Origin: Neophaeotheca triangularis
Taxonomy: Eukaryota
Reading direction: 5' to 3'
Length of the DNA: 64,000 nt
NCBI GenBank assembly: GCA_054600435.1
Contig: BAAIJX010000035.1
Coordinates: 62,001-126,000 of the forward strand
The translations under genes and the position numbers were made by a program. Below, piece after piece: positions 48,201-58,524 of this stretch. The notes beneath the pieces were generated by a model. It was given only the letters and a program-made list of their open reading frames with translations, had not been told where the DNA came from and made no database searches. The first letter of the stretch is position 1; every line of letters starts with the position of its first letter.

Positions 48201-49611
48201 CGGTTCCGTTGATCAATCCAGGCCATTTAAGGACATCCTGGTTGGAAACGCCGTACATGTGTCGTGGGTCAAACTCGCCAGTGTTGGCGTTGGCCATGTC
48301 GTTTGTGTTCATCATGATGTTCCAGGCATCAATAAAGTTCACAGGCGTGTCTTGAGCGGCCAAGAGATTACCATCGAGGCCCAAGAAGCGCATGAGGCCA
48401 CGGTAGGTCGAGTAGTGGAAAGCACCCCCATCGAGGGCTGCGTGGTCGAGGTCACGAATATACTTGCCGTTCTTTGACGTCGCTGCTAGGGTGGTGTTGT
48501 GGAAGGACATTTCAGGCGTCATGCCACGGCCAAGGTAGATGGCTCCGTTGGCGTTACCGTTGACGATTTCGCCAGGTATGAAAAAGTTGTTCTTGCCAAC
48601 CTCTTTGGCGCACTCCCTCATGGCGTGCGAGTAGTTTGACTGGCCAACTTCCGTCACCTGCATAGCCTTGTCGATACGAAATCCATCAACGTCTAGAGCC
48701 TTGATCCACATGCATCCAAAGTGCTCGAGCTTCTTCAAGACAGAAGGCTTCCAGTCTCGCAAGCGATTCTGCACACCATCAAAGTCCGAAAGCTGCTTCT
48801 GCCATTCTGGGTATACGCCGAAAGCTCCCGCGTCTCCGTACTGGTTGAAATCGCTGTTCATGCAGCCCACCATCTGCGTCGTGTTCTCGTCGTTGATAAC
48901 GTGGCCGCCTTGGTCCCAGAAGGTAGGGTATGGCACGTCGCACTCCTCCTGCCATTCATTGCTCGACTCGAAGTCTCTGTAGTGAACCAGTTTCTCTTTA
49001 TAAACCGTGTCGTGCTCGTGGAAGGAGAAAGGTGTGCTCGAGTTGAGGTAGTCGGCGAAGCCAATAAGATTGGTCATGGTAGCCATTGTGTTTTCGAGAA
49101 CGACGTACATGCCAAGATCATGGCACCTCTGGATGACATTGCGCCATTCCTGCAGATCGCCGAAATGGTGGTCGAGGATGGTGTGGTCGTGGGGATGGAA
49201 AGCATGGTACTCCCATGGCTCGTTGATGAAAGGGCTGCCAACAATGTAAAGACCCCTGATACCCAGGCCGTGGAGGTAGTCAAGGGAATCAGCCAGGCCT
49301 TTGATGTCACCACCGTGGCGTAGTTGGGTACCCTTGAGATCGTGTTCGAAGGCTGTTTCGTTTGTGTTGTCGTTTGTGGGATCGCCGTTCACGAATCGGT
49401 CGAGAAAGAAGCTGTAGAAGGGGATACGCCAGTTGTCAGGACTTGGGAAATAATCATCGTTGCTCTTCCCTTCCCACTCAAAATCGTATTCGAGAGGTCC
49501 GACAGCCTGCTGATTGGTGTTCAAGTTGTATCCGATCTCACCCTCATCGTAGTAGGATGCTGTTGCGCGCGTGGCAAGCAGCGCGATAGGCAACAACCAT
49601 TGTCCGAGCAT
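42280..49611 (-). CDS. ags1: Alpha-1,3-glucan synthase (GH13 extracellular domain, GT5 domain, multi-pass TM domain), intronless
   Basis: 2443-aa ORF with a signal peptide, YFPSPDNWR, LDRFVNGDPTND, DGFRIDKA, MEYDISDWNIKIKIGGLG, SLHNAEFQG, PSRDEPFGLVAVE and C-terminal FFRKEQLSKP. Confidence 0.97.
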   Translation of the reverse strand: MLGQWLLPIALLATRATASYYDEGEIGYNLNTNQQAVGPLEYDFEWEGKSNDDYFPSPDNWRIPFYSFFLDRFVNGDPTNDNTNETAFEHDLKGTQLRHGGDIKGLADSLDYLHGLGIRGLYIVGSPFINEPWEYHAFHPHDHTILDHHFGDLQEWRNVIQRCHDLGMYVVLENTMATMTNLIGFADYLNSSTPFSFHEHDTVYKEKLVHYRDFESSNEWQEECDVPYPTFWDQGGHVINDENTTQMVGCMNSDFNQYGDAGAFGVYPEWQKQLSDFDGVQNRLRDWKPSVLKKLEHFGCMWIKALDVDGFRIDKAMQVTEVGQSNYSHAMRECAKEVGKNNFFIPGEIVNGNANGAIYLGRGMTPEMSFHNTTLAATSKNGKYIRDLDHAALDGGAFHYSTYRGLMRFLGLDGNLLAAQDTPVNFIDAWNIMMNTNDMANANTGEFDPRHMYGVSNQDVLKWPGLINGTERQILGDYIITLLMPGIPLISWGEEQAFYTLDSTAANYIYGRQAMSSSEAWQMHGCYVVPNNNLNNWPVNSSALACEDDTVALDHRDPSHPLYGALKQMFDMRTRYPALNDGWTLLQLSNQTFNYTLPGSFGVPTETGLYSAIRGPMEGVQDLSDQGEFGNQPVWLLYTNYNGSKTYECDCKDNDEAIISPFEANTTVKNLFYPFDEWDTEESGVKKSLYGSDEFNGCLPEINMTMYGFKAFVPKANWTAPLPIVTKFLPGHDHRIMSNSSADEASSVDFEIRFSYEMSCDSVTANLGVNSTTESGTSAKIFENSIDCGMMDEPEMEAHYYGPSPSVWRLRATLNDVYDGIHQINVHNVSSEDGDRYTNSNDHFLLRIGQIDNPIIFPKFANYSDSLLFKTSDSKRDVTHGVEDDQYFINHKAAGADKWRYTMTWGAVWSDWMDYEGGNSTLEGMEWSGPDHQDWDGEHVQVQYWSELAGSSDHLIEGDLAGSGDAPRRYPHFFIHGSFNEYGFDAGLENKMKQLDNGSWIFDFMWEWPTQFQLSVWGMTENGQPDKGWAFGDVDNDTVLDRISPHSLTPAVVNITNHGPPSPGLSWRILFDDRTMRYYLVPNGNRYLQLVMWILMLLVPITTALTGVWLYMHFFYGVKFNQIGLSEEKHFLPTAVRRAFHRNDEKDPIETEPEMAQAGVLARTGSGSGSVIREPGITAGATVEGQRRTVLIGTMEYDISDWNIKIKIGGLGVMAQLMGKNLEHQDLIWVVPCAGGIDYPMDTPGLPIDVTILGRTYEVQVQYHKLNNITYMLLDAPVFRRQTAKEPYPARMDDLDSAIYYSAWNQCIAEAMRRFPIDLYHINDYHGTIAPLYLLPDTIPCCLSLHNAEFQGLWPMRNPQETEEICSVFNLSPAVVSRYIQFGEIFNLLHAGASILRIHQKGFGAVGVSKKYGKRSWARYPIFWGLRKIGALPNPDPSDVSDWDKKLADPDSIHIDESFESGRADLKRQAQEWAGLDQRPDADLFVFVGRWSMQKGIDLIADVFPAILEQYEHTQLICVGPQIDMYGKFAALKLDRMMEKYPGRVYSKPEFTALPPFIFSGAEFALIPSRDEPFGLVAVEFGRKGALGVGSRVGGLGQMPGWWFTVESQTTKHMLHQFKMAIAGALKADYQTRATMRARSGKQRFPVAQWKEDLEILQATSIKIHKKRMERMQNKRLGIDTGSAATSGWNTPNLPGWMTPRSGWATPTGASTPRGGATTPTTQSRPNTRPSSPSRSGQTTPAMSRNGSLSLGMRHGPGHSPPQHAQGSLSSRSHSSDEDNGGVPRRRLSSIEDEEQISTDTAEDAKRQSRMGGYANQDRFEFELRDGTVPEEPAPRDRNSYFSPAQTPGITPSGLETPGASYPFLAQSGNPGTPGGYLNAPHTPGGSGAMTPLSQDHVMNEKADKKPQDLMPFFNDPTGLYYKTFDKQLDDLNGKNSESKLCIEEYLEKSEKQWFNRLHQAKMTKNVSTPGQQSMVATPAGSIYEGIETEEPLSQFLLPDNYQAPTGLKRVLSTKIRDWPIYAFLLALGQIIAANSYQITLLTGQNGQTATQLYVIASVYLATSLIWWYLFRRLACLYVVSAPWFFYGFSFFLLGFAPYTSEGGRGGLNMAATVMYAIASSSGSIFFSQNFGSLGSVPVRVWAFRACAIQGTQQIYIVALWYWGSTITANVVDGGDQSTLITYRWPITAIVVPIAVLLWSIGIVLFLGLPDFYRQKPGAVPSFYSSILRRKIVLWFFFAVFIQNIFLSAPYGRNWRYLFSSQHAPTYAVWLLIILFFVIIWAAMLWYFGRLSHTHSWILPMFAVGLGAPRWCQILWSTSSIGQYLPWAGGPVASAVLGRCLWLWLGVLDSMQGVGFGMILLQTLTRFHITFVLITAQVVGSIATIIARADGLNSIGPGPTFPSFASGLSEPLSEPWFWVALILQLVICAGFFTFFRKEQLSKP

Positions 49612-52600
49612 TCTCGGGGCCTTTACTAGTCTGTACAGCGCCGCAAGTGCAGCCGAGAAGAGTGTGCGACTCTATGCGGCAATCATGGGAGAGATGCTCC
49701 CCTTTGAAGCGAGACGGTATGTTGTACAGGTCACTGTTGTACAAGGCGGGTGGTAAATGGCGGGACCGGGTGTTTCTGTCGAACTGAAGGCTGCTGGTAA
49801 ACGAAGGACAGTGGTCGGGCCAGACCAATGATGGTGATTGGAAAAAGTTGCGGGCGGGTAGTTGATGGAGGTGTAGATTGAAGAGTGGTGGTATTGTTAG
49901 CAAGCCGTGGTCGAGGATGGGCTCGAGATGATTGATGGTGGCAGGCAGGTTCCTCCTCGGAGCCGAATCGTGGTAACTAGTGGGTAGTGGACTAGTGGGG
50001 GTAGGGGACGCGCAAGAAGAAATGGAAGTGGAAGGGGCCGCAGGAGGGAGGTGGATCACTGGGTCGATTCAACGAGCGTCGGGGTTGGTGAGGCCGGGTC
50101 TAGGAGGCTTGGGAGAAGGGCGAAGAGGAGGGTGACGTGAAGAAAACCGAGAGAGAGTGCGAGAACGTTGAAAAGAGCGGGCAGGTCAGAGAGAAAAAAA
50201 GTGGCAGGCGGCGGCGGCGGCGGCGGAGGGCGGAGGAGGAGAGGAGATGGCAAAACAGAGTTCAACGTGCTGCGTGCAGCCCGGCAAACAGCAGCAGGGC
50301 AGGGTAAGAGATGGCCTACCTAACTTAACCTAATCCTACATATACTAGTAATCTAGTCCTTCTAGTTCCAGTTCATCTCCTAGTTCTAGTTCTACTCCTA
50401 GCTAAGGTAGGCAGTAATTCTGGGCTATTCCCGGTCTGCTAGCTCTGACGTGCTTCGCCGAAATAACATGGAACTGGGGCAACGTTAATGATACTTAGGG
50501 CAGCAGTACTAGCCTATAACGTGAGATACTACCCAAGGCAGTAGTGAGGTTTGTAGCAGCAGCAGCAGCAGCATGTGCTTCATTTCGCGCGGAGGGAGTT
50601 GGAAGGCGCGCGCCGCGCAAAAGAAGGCGTGAAATTAATCCTTTGACGAGCCTGTAACCCTGTAATAAGCTGCTCCACTCCGAAAGCTTGACCGGATAGC
50701 CTACCGTGTCGCCCGCGCATCACCGGGAGACGTATCGAGTCGAGTACCTTACCTAGCAAAATTCGCCGTGTGCGCTGTCTTCCCATCCGAGCCATCTTGG
50801 GATACTACATCTCATCATGTCGCCTTGTTGCGCAGTAGTCGGGGCACTACTACGGCATCGCCACTACCGCCACTCGAGAGTCGGGGAAAATCATAATATT
50901 AATACTCACTAATTGTCCTAGGGCGAGGCGACAGAAAGAAATACGGACGCCCCCCGCAAGGCAAAGTGTAATGTTCTTGGAGTACATGCCCGACATCCTG
51001 GATGCTATTATACTATCATCATACCTGCCACAGCCAATTGTGGTAATACGGTACATGGCAGGTAGGTACAGTAGTAAGTAGGGAATAGTAGCGCGTAGCT
51101 CTCCGGCCAAGGTCTTGCTTCATCTTCCTCAAACAAATCTGTTTGTAGCCTCATCTCAACGGTCATGTCTCGACATTATTATTCTCCCTCCGCTTCTAGG
51201 TCCCTCGGGGATGTGATGGTACAAGCGACGGGCGTCATGCTGTGCTGCCAGCGAGGCATTGGCAGCGAGTCTGTGCCGTAGAAAGTTCGCCAGTGGCTCC
51301 AGGGCAGTGGTCAGGGGATCCCTGGCCCACCCCACCACGGGTACGGATGGGCTGTCGGAAGCGACCAGCGAAAAGATAGCGGCATGCCACCCGACCCGTT
51401 GCTACTATAATTATTCTTGTTAAGGAACTGGTCCGAACTCGTGAACAAGTGTGAGAAGGCGACAACGACGAAATTATTGTCTTAGATGCAGCGACTGATG
51501 TGACGCTTCCAAATGCTCCGTGACCATTCGTGAATGACAAGCAGCGCAGATGTGATAGTGTGTACCCAGGTCACCCAGATGCTATTTACCGACTACCTAC
51601 TTTGGGTAGCTGATCGCCGTGTAGCCAACCCGATGAGCTGTACCTGCAGCGGCGATGGACTACCAATCAGCATGGGCAAATAATAGGAGTGCGCACAGCG
51701 CAGGCGTTTGCCACAAGAGCCTTTTTCCAGTCCCACTCAGCGATGCGAGCGACTCCCGTCCAGCGCAAGCCTTCCGCAGTTTCTCGTAGTCGTATTTAGT
51801 AGGGTCCTGTAGGGGTAGAGGCAGGAATATGGCCTGTGTTGCCAGAAAAGCCGGATGGACGTTGAGAAAAGTCCACATTAACGGCGTGCTAGTATTTAGA
51901 TCTACTTGCATTCACAAGGTAGTACTAGACCATAAACCGACCAAGTGAGATCGGCAATATCGTCATCCGGCAATTACAGGCCAACGACTGGCTGGTTCCT
52001 GCATACCTAGGTAGAAGGTAATATTATTCGCTCCTCGTACGGTCCACCGAGTCGTACGTACCTATACCTGTTTGATAGAGCTCAGAGCATGTTCCGACGT
52101 TACTCCGAATATGCCGCCCAGCCCTGCGAGTTTCCACGGGAGGCAACAAGGTTGCCACCAGCCTCACCTTTGACGGGTTTGAACTTTGACCGTTGTGATT
52201 ATGACAAGGAACCGCCCTCAACACACGTGTCAACGACATGCCATCATCGTCACCAAATCACCACTTATAATCAGATTCCTACTCCGAAGTCCGTGCCGGC
52301 GGCCTTTTGCAACTCGGCGCCACGCTCTTCTTCTTTGCCAATCCCTTGGGAAACGACTGCGGTTATGCATGCAGTCGGGTATGAAGAATGGGCACTCATT
52401 AATAGTTATGACGCGATGTGTGTTAAAGGACACCTGCACCTCAGAAAAGATAACCACTCAAGTGCAAAGTACCTCGCCTACCTAGGCAGGTGCCCCGAGT
52501 GAATCCGGATGCCGATTTTCACTGCCGCTCCCCGTATCATCAGATACGTGATACCTAACATCATACCAAATACGCTGCGCTACTACCTCGAGTCTCGCCC

Positions 52601-54009
52601 CCTGGTCACTGGTATTATTCTTGTACGAGCTCTAGACCACGCACAATCGCCACTACTAGGGACTCCCGCAACTCGGATAGTCGGCTTCTGACTACCGCCA
52701 GTGACAGCGATGATAACAATAAAATACCTATTTGCTCTCAGCCCGAGCTCTGGTTCTGCTTCCCCTCGCCCTGATGCTCGAGAAAACGTTCGTCTTTCTC
52801 CTTGAACTGACCTGGGTTCGCCAAGTGTTCACCAAGGATGTTGGGTGGCTGATAGCAGTAGTAATGAGGTCGAAGTTCTTGCAAGCCCACCTTGGCGCTC
52901 GCTGCCTGTCGACCGATGAGCGACAAACGCTGCCGCCTGTTCATCGCCGTCTCCTACAGAATTCTACTGTTCTATCTCCTATCATTGTGGACCACAAGTG
53001 GCACCTGGGGGTAGTGTACCGAGTATCCTCATTCCTAGCCTACCTCCTCTGGAGCTCTTCACGTTCTGCCTGACTCAAAAACACTGTTGGTTGATGGGGC
53101 TTTGTAGCGAGTAGCTGCCTGCTAACAATAATAACCGACGATCGACAAATAATAGACAAGAATTAATATTCAAGTGAAGAATACGGTATCTTCCATGTCG
53201 GAACATCGGCATTGCCCTAGGGGACTTGCCACTGCTCAGTGCCGTCCCCTTTCCCTCCAAGCCCTCCCCCTTTTACAAGCGGCCCCTGCTGTCCCGCGAC
53301 ATTATTCTTGACTACGGTCCACATCTTACTCACAGCGAACCTTGGAAGTCATCATCAACGATTTTCAGCTACTTATTATTAGCTGATTGATGCTGGCAGC
53401 ACCTGTCGGACCGTCAGTTTGCCGTCATCAGGTGGCAAGCCAGATGAATTCGATCGTTTTTTGTTTCTCATCTCACCTCTTGAGACTAAAATGAGAGCTT
53501 CGAAACCGGAGCTTTCGGCACGATGTTACCGCCGACAGACGCGTCAAGCAGCCGCGTGAACCATCTCGAAACCTCATCACATCCGTACCTGCCGCTCTAC
53601 TAATAACCAGATCCAAAGGCCAAGTTTGCCTGCTGCGCGACTTCAGAACTACCGATCTGAGACGCTGAGCAGTCTCTTCAGCGACAATGATTGTAACGTG
53701 AACGTCAGCGTGCTTTTTTTTCGGCGTCATCACGGCGGGTCCGATCGTATTACTGTTACCAGATTTTTCAACTACCAGGGGAAAGCGACTTTTCTGGCTG
53801 GCACCGCCAGTAGTGTCGTGCTTTTGTCGCGGGAATGACCTACTATGTTCAACATTTCCTCGTGTCTGTGATGTAGCGGGTTACTTGGCTCTGCTCTGCT
53901 AATACGAGATGTGCTCACGCAAAGAGAAGTCCCTTTCCCGTAGTTTGACCTCTTTACCTCGAGGTTTTCCTCCAAGCTCTACAAGTGCTACAGAGATGCC
54001 TAGCATCGC

Positions 54010-56006
54010 ATGCTAATCATGATTCCTCCTTTTGGTTTCCCTTTTCTCTACTGTTTCTTCATTAGCGCCGGCTGCTTCTTCAACCATGTGCTCCCCGCTA
54101 CTCTTGATGAATGGCGCTCGCGGTCAGTCTATCAGGTAATGACGGACCGCTTCTCCCACGACAACAGCACTGGCGATCCACCATGCAACGTCGAGCATGG
54201 ACTTTATTGTGGGGGAACGTGGAAGGGCATCAAAAACCAATTGGACTACATCCAGGGGATGGGGTTCGATGCAGTCTGGATCTCTCCAATTACCGAGCAG
54301 CTGCCACAGCTTACTGGCGTAGGTGAGAGCTACGCTGGGTACTGGCAGCAAAATCTTGGGGGCATCAACGAGCGGTTCGGATCCGAAGATGATCTGCGCA
54401 ACTTGATCGACGAGATGCACGAGCGCGACATGTATGTGATGCTTGATGTTGTGGTCAACCATGTCGGATATGTACGTTCAGAAAGCGCCCTTGTCTCCGG
54501 GGTGCTGTGTTAACAATCACGCTGTAGGCCGGCCCTGGCCCGAATATGAATCAAGAGGTTATTCAGCCCTTCAATCAACGAAAGTACTACCACGATTACT
54601 GCGACATCCACGAGCCAGGCAATCAAACTGAGAACGAAGTCTGCTGGCTAGGCGACATCTGGGTCTCACTTGCCGACCTTCGAACAGAAGATGACGAGGT
54701 CCGAGAAATGCTTGGTCAATGGATTCAGGATACCGTCTCGAATTACTCCATCGACGGGCTGAGGATCGATACCGCCATTAACGTCGAATCGGATTTCTTT
54801 CGTGGCTTCGTGGAGTCGGCGGGTGTATTTGCCACGGGCGAGGTACTGCATGGAGACGTAAGGGTGGCATGCCAGTGGGAGGAAACAATTGGCTCGATCC
54901 TCAACTATCCCGTGTACTACCCTTTGATCCGCGCCTTCCAGGATAACAAAGGCAGCATCAACGATCTGGTCAGCACTATCGAGTCCTCAAAGGAATGGTG
55001 CAAGGACCCCACGGCCATGGGCAGTTTTAGCGAAAATCACGATGTGCCTCGTTTTGCCAACCACACTCACGACATGGCACTGGCAAAAAACATCCTAACC
55101 TTCAACTTCATGGCCGACGGCATACCTATTGTTTTCCAAGGCCAGGAACAACATATGAACGGTGGAGACTCCCCTCACTACAATCGCTCACCCGTCTGGG
55201 GCACCAAGTTCGATATGTCTGCGCCTCTTTACAAACACATTTCTACCATCAACACGCTCCGCCACCACGTCATCTCCACTAGCCGTAACTACACCGACTA
55301 CGGCAACTATGTAATCTACCAAGATATGCATACTCTTGCCATGCGCAAAGGCTTCGAAGGCGCCCAGGTCCTCACCCTCCTGACCAACAACGGCGAAGAC
55401 GGTCCCTACTATACGCAAAGCCTCACAGACCACGGCCACGCCCCCGGCACGCCCATAACTGAAATCATAACCTGCACAAACCTGACGGTCAACGGCTCCG
55501 GTCACCTAAATGTCGACATGGCGGCGGGCGAGCCCAGAATCCTCTACCCCACCCAGTTGCTCTACAACTCTTCGCTCTGCGGCCTGCCTGACACCGCGCC
55601 CCCCGGTGCCACTGCCCTCGCACAGACCACCCTCGTTACCCACATGCCCGTAACCCACCATGGCCACACCTTCGCTACGCCCCTGTCCACAGTGGTGCCC
55701 ATGCTGTACCCTCTCAACGTCACAGAAGTCCCTGCGCCCTCAGGTCCAACGTACTCTTCGCATCCCTGGCCGACGTTCACGGGGTACGCCAGCACGACCA
55801 ACACCGGTGATCAAGGCGAACCGACGGGGACTATCAACCTGAGCGATACTTTGGCGGATGATACGGCTACCGCTACGGCACCGACTGCCACCGGCGATGG
55901 CTTCATCGGTCAGTCTGGAGCTGGTGAGAGGGGCTCGCCGCACCGTGCAGTTGCCATGCTCGCGGCGGCGGGATGTATTGCTTTGGCTGAGTGTCTTGAG
56001 GGTTGA
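54010..56006 (+). CDS. GH13_1 alpha-amylase/4-alpha-glucanotransferase-like protein, probably GPI-anchored (AmyD/AgtA type)
   Basis: Hydrophobic N-terminus; WRSRSVYQVMTDRF, YCGGTW, GYWQ, DVVVNH; intron 54472-54527; GLRIDT, GEV, SENHD; Thr/Pro-rich stalk and hydrophobic tail. Divergent from ags1. Confidence 0.92.
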
Positions 56007-58524
56007 CGGATGCTGCAGGGACTTATTCGGGTGGTGGATAACGGACGCGGCTGAGGTTACGGGAAGGAGGGGTTTCAAGGTTTTGTGCTCTGCTACGGCG
56101 CCTGCTTGTTGATTGCATTTGGACGCGGATCTTTGGGCCTAAATTTACGATGTTACGATCGGATACCTGATACAGATTATAGAGTTATAGACATACAGCT
56201 TGCAAGCATAAATACACGTTGAGATACATCAAAGACACACCTCCCTTTGCCAGATTTTCATCGAATCGACGGTGGCCTCGAAACACTTCGTTTTCAAGGA
56301 GAAGCTAGCCGCTAATGTGAGATCTCGTCTGAAGTCTAGTAACAATAGGGTGAGAGTTTGAGTCTCGTCCCCTCTTTGTTTCCACGACATACCAATCTGC
56401 CATGCATCAAATCTAGACTTGAGTCTAACTTAAGAGCCAAAGTGTTCCGGCTATCTGAAGCTCTCTAACTGCGTTGCCCGACATCAAGGTCGCGTAAAGT
56501 TGTTAAATGTTTTTGCCATCGCACTGCGAAACTGAGTGCTACAAGATGTCCCCTGCACGCTGCGCGCGCCGCACATGTGCATTGCAGTGCATCCTGTATC
56601 CTCGGCGTCACGCCAATGGAACCCTCTAGACGGAGCTGCGGACTGCATGGCTTGATGGCAGGTATTGCTCGGGCTCGGAGTAGTTAAGAGCAGTGGATGT
56701 CCGTTGCTTACGGTGATCGTCAGGCAGTGGTTGCGTTATCTTCGGGTGGTTTGTTTGGTAGATAATGAAAGCTACGCTGAGTCTTTCTCGACATTCCTCC
56801 GTGTCGGTTTGCTTTGGGGTTGATGGTTTCAAGGGGGCCAGAACAGGCGACCAGGCGAGTGAGGTTTCGTCACGAGGGACTGATAAGGTACAAGGGCTAT
56901 TGCATGAGCATGGGGCATGCATGTTGCGGTCGAGAGCTGGCATGTTCTACCCGTTCGGATAACCCACGGTGAATAAGGCAATGGACAAGAGGCTTACATA
57001 CAACGGCACATCGCCAGCTCGGGCGGGGGTCATACGCAAAAGTCGAAGCCGACACGTTTGATAGAGGCAGCTACTGGTACAACAGAGTCAAAGTCCTGTC
57101 CGACATCGAAGCCATGGATGCGCGAAATGCTTACGACAAAAGGCGGGCGCGCTCTCACCGCGTACACGCCTTCATCTGACGGTCCCTTGCGCCTCACAAT
57201 TCTGCAACCGCAAGCCAGCTGAATGTCCTTCTACTTCAAGTTCCTGCCAGACTTCTTCACCTTGCCATGGGACTCCGCTCTCGAACCGTAGCCCCACCCT
57301 TTGGCATGCTCTACAATCCATATTCTATGTCCCGGTATTGCCGCCAGATGCATCGCTCGACGCGGTTCGATGGGGATGTATCCTTCATCGCCCTAGACAA
57401 ACCGGGAGAAATACCAGCGAGAGCGCGCCCACTTTAATTGAAGACGTGAAGACACCCGGAAGATAATGGCGTCCCTGGCTTCACTCTGGTGGAAGGCTCT
57501 AGCCATATCCGTGCTTGACTCGGTTTGTCGGATAGAAAACGTTCTGGCCGGAAGTACTGCAATCATCCGTTTTCTTTTCCGCGAACATCCAGGTGAGCTG
57601 CTGCAAATGTCTCCGTCATCCAGCGCGGAAAGTAAACAGGCTGCCCCTAAAAGCATGGACAAACTAGGTGAGGGTCGTACGATTGCACACGGTTTGCGAA
57701 ACAGCTGCGAGCATCTCGCTCCATCACAAGCAGAGCAGACTCAATGACGGCGGCTTCCCCTTGAAGCGATTTCATCATGCATGCCCGGCTCTCCCGTAGA
57801 TGTCGCCCTAAGTATAAGCTGCTTCTACGACGGATGCCTAGCGGCACGGCGTTGATATTTATATGGAAACCACATGACGACGATTCCGCAGCGTGAGTAA
57901 AACGGGCAAGAGGTCAAACTAGTGTAGTGGAAGGCCGTTATCAATACAGGGCACCTGCGGTAACAGGCGGGCGATTGGAAAGAAAAGCATTTCTCGTCGC
58001 AATTCAAAGCCAACATCATCTACTCTTGCCGCTGCTTCCCTCACTTCACCGGGCCACGACACGGGGGCAGATTCCTCGTCTTTCTTCGTTATTCGAAGGC
58101 TTCCAAAAGGGCTGGACCGCCATTCCCTCGTGTGTGGACCGCGTTGGTACTGGATAGTGTTAGCTGTATATCGTTTGCATTGTAAGTTTTCCCTGCTACT
58201 GTACCATATGCACCGAATCCTCGCTATGCTGTCTTGCAAGCCGTAGCTGTTTGCAGTCGATGTGAGCGAGCACTAAGGTTATACAAGCAATACATCCAAG
58301 TTCCCTATAGCTACCGACGTCGACCGGGGCGCGCCAGTGTGCGGAAAGGCTGAAAGCGTGCAAGCGACGGAAGTCCAGTCGCCGACCCTGTCGACGAGAT
58401 CTGTCGGTCAGGAGCGTACAGACTGAGGACTTGGTGCGGCATCCGGTTGGTTTGCGCTATACAGCGGGAACCACGTCCCCTTTGCAAGCAGCCCATGTAC
58501 TATTACCAAATCAACTAACGGGCC

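Noticed and set aside
49544..50059. 171-aa Pro/Ser-rich ORF upstream of ags1
   Set aside because: Non-ATG start; explained by the pyrimidine-rich 5' leader and overlaps the true start out of frame.
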